Shown here: in pieces, positions 28,901 through 37,900 of the stretch
Position numbering within the stretch: the stretch's first letter is position 1
Layout of the letters: every line of letters starts with the position of its first letter
Assembly (NCBI GenBank): GCA_034669905.1
Contig: JAXMOL010000009.1
Coordinates: 1-64,000 of the forward strand
DNA from: Candidatus Hydrogenedentota bacterium
GTDB taxonomy: Bacteria > Hydrogenedentota > Hydrogenedentia > Hydrogenedentales > JAEUWI01
Length of the DNA stretch: 64,000 bases
Reading direction: 5' to 3'
Position numbers and translations under genes: made by a program
Notes under the pieces: model-generated
Told to the model about the DNA's origin: nothing
Databases searched by the model: none
The model's input: only the letters and a program-made list of their open reading frames with translations

Positions 28901-31900
28901 CCACACGTTACTGTCAATATCGCCGTCGCGCACGGTTACGGGTACGAAAAGGATACCGTTGAAGTTGCGATTCGGAATGATCGTATTTCCGTCTCGGGTG
29001 TAATTGGCACCCTCCGGCCGTGGCTGGAAGGCCAATGTGACTTCGTCCGGGAATTCCAGCAGCGGCGCATCCACGATCAGGTTGTCGAGGATGATCGTGA
29101 CCGGGGTGTCCTCCTGGGTCGAAACCGGGTTCTGGTCCACAATGCGCGGCGTGCGATTACCCGTTCCGAAGAGGGAAACCTTGGAGACGATGGGCGTGCC
29201 TTGACCCTGTTGGTTGGCTTCAATGCGCAGGGTGCCCACTTTCATGCCGGGTGTGGAGGGATTGAAGACCACCCGCACCAACCGCGATTGTGCAGTTTCC
29301 AGAGAATCCTCTCCGGAGTCCGACAGAATCTCAAAGTCGCAGCTGGCACTGAGCTCGTCGAGGCTGAGTCCGCCGCTGCGATCGGTGTCGAGCTCGTTGA
29401 AGTTCGCCAGGATTTCGCTTGCCAGGGTTGACGTCACGGCACCCAATTCCGTGGGCGTGATTTCTTCATCCCCATCGGTATCGATCGTGTCGAAACGACC
29501 GGGAGTAAGCAGGGGGGTGAAGGCGCTGATTTCAACGAGAGACAATGCGCTGTCCTGATTGAGATCGAGTCCCGAGAAATCGATGGTCAATTGCGCAGCA
29601 ATAATGGCGAGACGAAGCTGTTCTTCCAATTCACTGACGCTGAGCACGCCGTCTTCATCGCGGTCCAGTGTGCCAAACTCGCCCTGCGTGAGGTCTGGAA
29701 GAATCTGCTGGGATTCCATGAAATCGAGGCCTGCCGGTGCGGTAGTGTCGAAGTCTTCGAAGCTCTCCCGCAAGCTTTCGGCGAACGTTGCGAGACGCAA
29801 GGCCGTCTCCAATTCCTCCTCGCTGAGGCCCATGCTGCGATCCGTGTCGAGGGCGTCAAAGCGGGTGGCGTTCAGGAAGGGGAAGCGAAGTTCGACTTCG
29901 GCCACGCTCAAGTCGTTGGAACTGTCCTCGTCGAGTGTGGTGAAGGCGTCGATGAGTACCTCGGCGATATCGAAGAGATCAATCGCCAGTTCCAGTTCGG
30001 TTTGCCCGATTCCTCGCGTGAGTACGCCGTCGTTGTTCAGGTCGAGGGCGTCAAAGCGTTCCTGGGTCATCACCGGGAAGATGTCCGGCCCACAGGCCAG
30101 CGTGACACTGTCGAGGGTCAGAATGCCCAAACCATCATTGATGATACTGACGGATTGGGGCGCGCTGGCGCCGGCCAGCAAGTTGCGCTTTCCAAAGTTA
30201 AGGGTGCTCGGGGTTACCCGGATGTCGCTGTCCAGGGCGCGGCCTGACAGATTGACATCGATTGCCGAGTCATCGGGGTCGTCGGACTCGATGCGGAGGC
30301 TGGCAATCTTATTGCCGATGGAGTCGGGGTCGAAAGCAACTTCAATAAAGCGCGTTTCGCCCGGCGCGAGTACGGATTCCTCCGTATCACTCACGATGAC
30401 AAACTCACTGAGTCCGGCGCCTTCCAGCCCCACAAAACCGAGGGTCAGGTTGGCGGTGGCCGCCACGCCATTGGAGATTTCAACCATACGGGCCAGGGTG
30501 CGCCCGTCGTCGATATCCTGATCGCCAAAATCGATGGTCAAGATCTCGGGGACGATGTTGATGTCGGGAATAGCACGCACGAACGTAACGGTGGCGTCGT
30601 TGGCCACGTTGATGGTTTCGGGATCATCCGAAAGGACGGGCTCCAAGACATCGCTCTCAACCTGTCCCTGACAACGAATCGTGTTGGTGCCTCCCAGGAG
30701 CACGTCGTTGAGGAGCACGGAAAAGGTAATCGTGATGGTCGGGCCATTGGTAAACTGGGGGTTGCGACCATTCAACGAACCCAAATCCAATAAGAGTTCC
30801 GTGGCCGATCCGCCATTGGTTGTCGGGTTGCCATTCACCAGAATGGAGTTTTCCAGGAGGGCCAATCGCGCATCGGATGTGTCGAGTTCGTTGAACTGTG
30901 CGGTAGTCAGGGCAAAGAAAGAACCGTCCAACTCGACCGAAGAGAGACCGAGGCTGTCGTCGGAGTCCAAGGCGTCAAAATTGGAGAGCAACGATGTGGC
31001 AACATCGCTCAGGGGACTGCTGCCATCAACGGATTGCAGTTCCGTGGCGGAAATTTCATTGTCCCGGAAGGGATTCCGATAGACGAGGTTGGCTGCACCC
31101 CGGTTACCTCGGTTTTCGATGGTGACCGTGTAGACGATGGTGTCGCCGGGGCGCTTCTCCTCATCCCGGCCGATGTCGTCGTTCTTCAAGACGACCAATT
31201 CGGGCGCGGACACGATGCGTGTGACGGTGGGTGCGGGGTGAATGACGTTTCCATCGCCGTCCAGCGGTACAAGGTCGCTGTCTTCGATGGCCACCGCGTC
31301 CGGGTCGTCGGTGAGGATAGGCGACTGGCCAACTTCCAGCTCGTCGTAGCCAAGCGTTCCCTGGGAGAAGAGGAAATCTTCTCCGGGGGGGAGGGGATTC
31401 TCTACTACGAGATTAAACACGATGGTGGCTTCGTTGGCACCGGAGCCCGTGCCGTCATCGCCCTGGATACTGCCCAGGTCAATGGTGACGGCGCCACCGT
31501 CAAGCGTGATGTTGTTGGCGGTCGGTGTCGTTACAATCGAATCGGTGATCAGGCTGCCATTGGCAATGGCCGGATGGCTATAGACAACGCCATTGGCACC
31601 GCCATTGCCCGTGTTGATGATGTCAATTGTGTAGCGGACGGTGTCTCCGGGGTTAATGGCTTCGTCACCGTTCAGATCGACGAGCAGTCTGTCGACCTTG
31701 GTGGCGGTAAAGGCGATGACGGTATTAATCGTGGTGCATACCTCTTCGGCCGGTGCGGCATCCACAAAATTTACATCCGCATTGCCGGGTTCCCCGATGA
31801 ATTGGCCTCGGGTGCACACTTGATTCATACCCGAAGCGGGGAAGGGGGTGTTCACGGTGACGCTATACTGAATTTCAGCCGAGGCGCCAAGGGGGATGGT

Positions 31901-34900
31901 GCCCACGGCAACGTCGACCTGACTATCGCCCCCGGTGTTTCCGGTCGTAACGGTCCCCTGGCTGGTGGTGACTGTGCCCACGACTAGAGTCGTGTTGACG
32001 TCTGGCGTATCCGTGAACAGTACACCCCGTGCGTCCGACGGTCCCGCATTGGTTACGTTGACGGTATAGGTGATGGTGTCGCCCGGCGCGGCTTCCACCA
32101 CATCAGCGGCCATCGTCACCTGCAGGGTGGCCTCGGGCATCAGGGGAACCGTATCCGTCGCCGAATTATTCGCGCTATCGGTTTCAAACACGAGGCTCGG
32201 TCCGGCCACATTGCCGGAAACCGTCAAATCACCGGTGCCAGCGGCGTCCACACGGGCGGTGAGGACGTAGTCCACACTTTCGCCCGCGGCGAGATCGAGG
32301 GTGTCGTTGATGGTGCCGGTACCGCTGGAGCCACAGGCGGCACAGGCCCAGGTCACGTTTTCCAGGGTCGCGGGCAGGGTGGTCGTCACGACGGCATCGG
32401 TGACCGGGCTTGGGCCCAGATTGCGGACCTGGAACGTGTAGCTCACGTCTTCGCCCGGAACGACCTGACTCGGGTCCCGTGCTATAAAGAGTTGCAGATC
32501 CGCGACAGGGCGAATGCGAACACTGTTGGACTCTACTTCGGTACCTGGCAGGAGGCCATCATTGGGCGTAACCCGGAAGAGCCAGATTTCCTCTTCCACC
32601 GTGGCCGACATGGGGACCGTACGGAGGTTGTTGAAAGCGCTCTGGAGTTCACCGTTCCGATACCAGCGGATAGCGGTGCTGTTTTCCGGGTCCATGTCCA
32701 CATCAAAGTAGGTATAGGACGCCGTGAGGTCTTCGTTGCGCAATGGCTCGGCCGGTGCAAGGATAACGGAACTGGCAACTGGCGGGTCGTTGACGGGGGT
32801 GACCGTCACTGGGATGGTGGCCACTACGTCGACGGCACCACCCACGCCCGTGTTGCCCTGATCATTGAGCGTGAGGGTGATGGTGTCGTTTCCGTTGAAG
32901 TCCTGATTGCCCTGATAGGAAAAGCCATTCAATGCAGCATTCACCGCGGCGGCCGTACCGGAAAAGGTGATGGATGCATCGTCCGTTCCTGTCGCGGGTG
33001 CGGTGATGGTGATGTCCGCCGTGGTCGCAAGGCTGATGGTGCCGGAACTGGCCGCCATCCGGAGCGAGAGGGTACCTGCCGATTCGGCGACGTCAATATC
33101 GGCCACGGAGACCGTTCCCCCGAAGACGAGTGGCGTATCTTCCGCTACGGACTGGGCGCCCGGCACCGTTACGGTGGGGTCGTCATTCAGCGCCGTAATA
33201 TTAATGGTGACATTGGCCGTAATGTTGGTGCCCCCGCCCTGGCCCGTGTTTCCCTGATCGTTGACGATGATGGCCAGGCTCTCCGTGAGGCCCGATTCGG
33301 TATTGACGTTCAAGTTGGGTTCGTAGCGCAGGCCATCCAGGGCGGCGTTTATGGCAGCGACCGTGCCACTGAAGGTGACGGTAGTCTCATCGCTTCCCGT
33401 GCCCGTGACCAGGGTAATACCTGCCGTGCTGCCCAAGGAGATGAGGCCCTGGGTTACGGTGAGGGTAACGCGCAGTTCTCCGGCAGATTCCGCCACATCC
33501 ACATCGCTGAAGCTGATGGCGTTTCCGTTTGCCCCGGAGAAGATAAGGGCCAATTCCTCATCGGTGGTCTGGGCGGCCGGTACGACAATGACCGGATCAT
33601 CATTTATGGCCGTCACGGTAAGGGACACCGTCTCCTGATCCGTCTGGGCACCCCCGTCTCCCGTGTTGCCCTGGTCCGTCACGTGGACAGTGAGTGTCTG
33701 ACTGACGGCGTTGTCCTGCGCGGTGGTGAAGGTCAGGGTCGGGAGGGTGTTGTTGAGTTCGCTGAGGGTGCCCGTGAGGGTGACGGAGGGCGTGTTATTG
33801 TTGCCGATGGCCAGGGCATCGACGCCGCCCGAGACGCTGTCGGAAACCGCCAGGAAGCCCGCACCGACACTGAGGGTGACCACCAGATTCCCGGTGGCCG
33901 CGTCCACGTCGGAAACGGTGATTCCCGTAATAGCGGTGGTAATATCTTCGTTGATCGTTTGCGTGCCCGGAACCGTCAAGACGGGCGGATTGTTCACCGC
34001 ACCGATAAGGATGGTGACCGTGTCGGAATCCGTGCCAACGGGGCCACTACCCGTGTTGCCCTGATCGTTGGCCGTAATGTTCAGGGTGTCGATCCCGTTG
34101 AAGTCCAGGTTGCCCCGATAGATGAGGCCATCCAAGGCGGCGTTGATGGCCGCGAGCACGCCCGTCATGGAAATGGACGCCGTGCCATTGCCGGTAAAGG
34201 TCGTCAACGCGGCCGTATCCGCCAATGTCAGGACACCATTGCTGACGGAAAGCGTGACCACCAGATCACCGGGTGCTTCGTCAGAGTCAATATCTTCAAT
34301 CACGATGGCATTGCCATCCGTTGCACTGAAGGGGAAGTTTATATTCTCATCGGCGTTTTGTGCCCCGGGAACGGTGATAGCGGGCGCATTGTTGATAGCG
34401 CTCACATTGATGGTCACATTCATGGAAACGTTTCCGCCACCGCCGACACCCGTGTTGCCCAGATCGGTGAGGGTTGCGGTCAGCATGTCGGTCCCGTTGA
34501 AACCCGTGGTGCCCCGGTAGGTAAGTCCGTTGAAGGCCGTATTGATGTTCGTCGTGGAGCCTTCGACCTGTACCGTGGCGGTGCCGTCGCCACTTACCGA
34601 GGTCAACCCGGTGGTGCCATTGAGTGCCAGGGTCCCATTGCTCACCGCGAGGGTAGCCCGCACCACGCCAGTGGGATTGTTTTCCTGATGGTCAATGTCG
34701 GTAATGGTAATGCGGTTACCATTGGCGGTGCTGAAGACCAGATTGGTATCTTCGTTGACCGATTGCGCCCCACTCGGGAAGTTGGTGAAGCTCGGGTCAT
34801 CATTCTGGGCGGTGACGGATATGCCCACGTTGCCCGAGCCCGACTGCGCGGGGCCACCGGAATTTCCGTTGTCATTTGCGACGATCGATAGGGACTGGTC

Positions 34901-37900
34901 GGATACCACATTCAACGCGGTCTGGAAACGTAGGGTGGCGAGGGTGGCATTTTGTTGGCTTATCGTTCCCAGCAGAGTGACGGTGCTCGTGCCATTGTTG
35001 GTAATCTGACCGGACGGGACGCCCCCCACGGCCGCCGTGTTAACCGTGAGCATGCCCTGGGCGACCGACAAGGTGACTGTGACATTGCCGCTGCCCGCAT
35101 CGGGATCGGCAATAGAGATGCCGCCGATCGCCGTCGAAACATCCTCATCTACGGTCTGTGAACCGGGCACCGTCACTACCGGCGGGTCGTTCGTGGCCAT
35201 GATGGTAACGGCGATGGTATCCATCTGCGTCATCACACCGCCTGCGCCCGTGTTGCCCTTGTCACTCACGTTCACCGTGATGGTATCGCTGCCGTTTACC
35301 AACGCGTCGGGGGTGTACTGGAGGCCGTCCAAGGCCGTGGCCGTATCGGCAATCGTGCCATCAAAGGAGACTGTTGCAGTTCCGTTTCCGGTGACATTGG
35401 CAAGGTTGGCCGTGCTGGCGAGTGTGAAGGTCGCTTTGGTTGCGCTGATGGTAACGTTAACGCCGCCGGTACCCGCGCCGAAGGGTGTTTCATCCGCATC
35501 CACATCGGTGATGGTAATTGGATTGCCTGCGGCGGTGCTGATGGTCAGCGAATCGCCCTCCGCCACGCTCTCCGGCCCTGCCGGAACGGTCAACACCGGC
35601 GGATCGTTGACGGCACTGACGGTGACGGTGACCGTTGCGGGTGCCGACGTGGAACCCAGGTTGTCATCCACCGTGTACTGGAAGGAATCCGAACCGTTGA
35701 AATCGCCCGTGGGCGTGTAGGTTACGGCACCGGTGCCCGTGTTGACCATGGTGGTGCCATTGCTCGCCGCCGAGGTCACTGTCACGCTCGAGGCAACCAG
35801 GGTGCCATCGCTGTCGCTGTCCCCGGTGAGGACGGATATGACCACGGCCATCCCTTCGCTGGTGGTGGCAGAATCGGCGTCGGCAACGGGCCGATCATTG
35901 ACACTGACCTGGAAGGTATCTTCGACAAATGCGCCGTTACTATCGGTGGCCCGTACGGTGACCATGGCCGTGCCGGGGGAGTCGGCGGCATAGGCCAGGG
36001 TCAGGTTTCCGCCGGAAATCATGGGTGCGCCGTTAAAAATAGCGTCACCCGTCGTGCTCGGTACCGTATAGGTCAGGCCACCGGATCCGTCTTCCGAATC
36101 CGTAAAGCTCGTCAGCAAATCGATAACGGTATTGGCGGCGTTTTCATTGACCTGCACATCGGCGATAGGGGTTGTTACCGTCGGCGTAAGATTGATCGTG
36201 ATGTTGAAGGTGGCATTGGCGGTCGTCGCCGCTTCGTCATCGCGAACGTTGAAGGTAAAGGAATCACTCGTGGTGTTGGTGCCCCCGTGGGTATAGGTGA
36301 CCGCATTGCTGTTGATGTTGCCCTGGGTGAAATTGGGGGTCATATTCAACGTGCCGTTGGAGGGGCCACTCACTATGGTGTATTGCAGCGTGGTGTCCAC
36401 GTCATCCACATCGGTGTACGAGAGCAGGGCGCTGCTGATGGTGCCCGAGTCCCCCTGATTCACCGTCAGGGTGTTGTTCTGGACCTGGGTGGGCGTGTCA
36501 TTGTCTCCAATAATGTTATGCGTGATGGTATAGGTTGCGGCGCTGATGGCCGTTGGATCGCCGTTGGTCGAAGTGTCTGTGGTCTGGCGAAACTCAACGA
36601 CCCCGGTCCGTGTGCTGAAGCTGCCGCCGTAGCTGTCATCCAACACGCGGATGGTCAGGGAAGTGACGGGACCGTCAAATTCAGAGGCGGGCAGAAAGCG
36701 GAGCTCCGTGCTTGGGTCGAGAACGAGTGCGTTGGGGGACGACGCCGTGTCGGTGACCGTGCCGATATCGAACCACTGGGAGCCCGGTGAGGTGGGGGGC
36801 GAATACTGCCAGGTGCCTTCGCCCGCCAGGGCGGGATTACCCACGACCGCAATGCCTGCGAACGTACCATCCACATCGGAGAAGGAGCCGCCAAACAGAG
36901 TGGTGATGGTTTCGCCCGGTGGGTTGGAAGCATCTTCGTTAATGTCGGCCAGGGTGGCGTTGGCACCACTGGGGGCGTCATTCACCGCCGTGATGTTCAC
37001 GGTAATGTTGGAAGAAGCCGAATCGCTCACTCCACCAGGATCGACGACCACGTAGGGAATGGTGACCGCCGTGTCCCGATCGGCGGCTGGCGTGAAACGG
37101 AGATCGAGGAATCCGGTGGTGAGTGTCAATACGGTGCCAGAGGCGCCCAGCACAATGGCCGACCCGTTTGCCTGGGTAACCGTGCCGCCAGTGAAGGTAA
37201 GCAGTCGAATGGCGTTGGGGGTTTCCCCGGTATCGTCATCGTTCAGCGTGGCGGGCATCACCCGTATGTTCGCCGCACCGGGTGCCGGGTCATCTTCCGT
37301 GATGTTCGTTGCGCCACCGCCCGGTGCCGTGGCGGTAATATTTCCGCCCGCGTCGGGTGCGTCGGGTTGGGGGGTAATATTTACGGTGATGGTAGATTGG
37401 GCAGAATCCGAAATGCCACCGGGGTCGACGACGACATAGGTAATCGTTGCCGCCGTATCACGGCCACTCGTTGGTGTGAACCGCAAATTGACAGCGCCAC
37501 CCGTCAGGCCGAGGATGGTTCCCGATGCGCCCAAGGTTATGGCGGAGTTGTCGCTTTGCGCGACGGTGCCGCCCGTAATACTGATGAGTCGGATACTGTT
37601 CGGGTTTTCTCCGGTGTCCGGGTCGCTCAACGTGGGGGGCGCGACGCGGATGTTGGCAGCGCCGGGCGCACCATCGTCCTCATTAATCATGGTGGCTCCG
37701 CCGCCCGGTGCCAACGCAGTGAGATCGCCACCTGCCGCGGGCGGGTCCGCGCCAGAAGTGATGCTCACAGTGGCGGTAGAAGCGGTCGAATCGGCAACGC
37801 CGGATCGGTCGACGACGACATAGGAAATCGTTGCGTCCGTATCCCGATCCATCGCGGGGGTAAAGCGGAGATCCAGCTTGCCGGACGTCAGATTGAGCAC

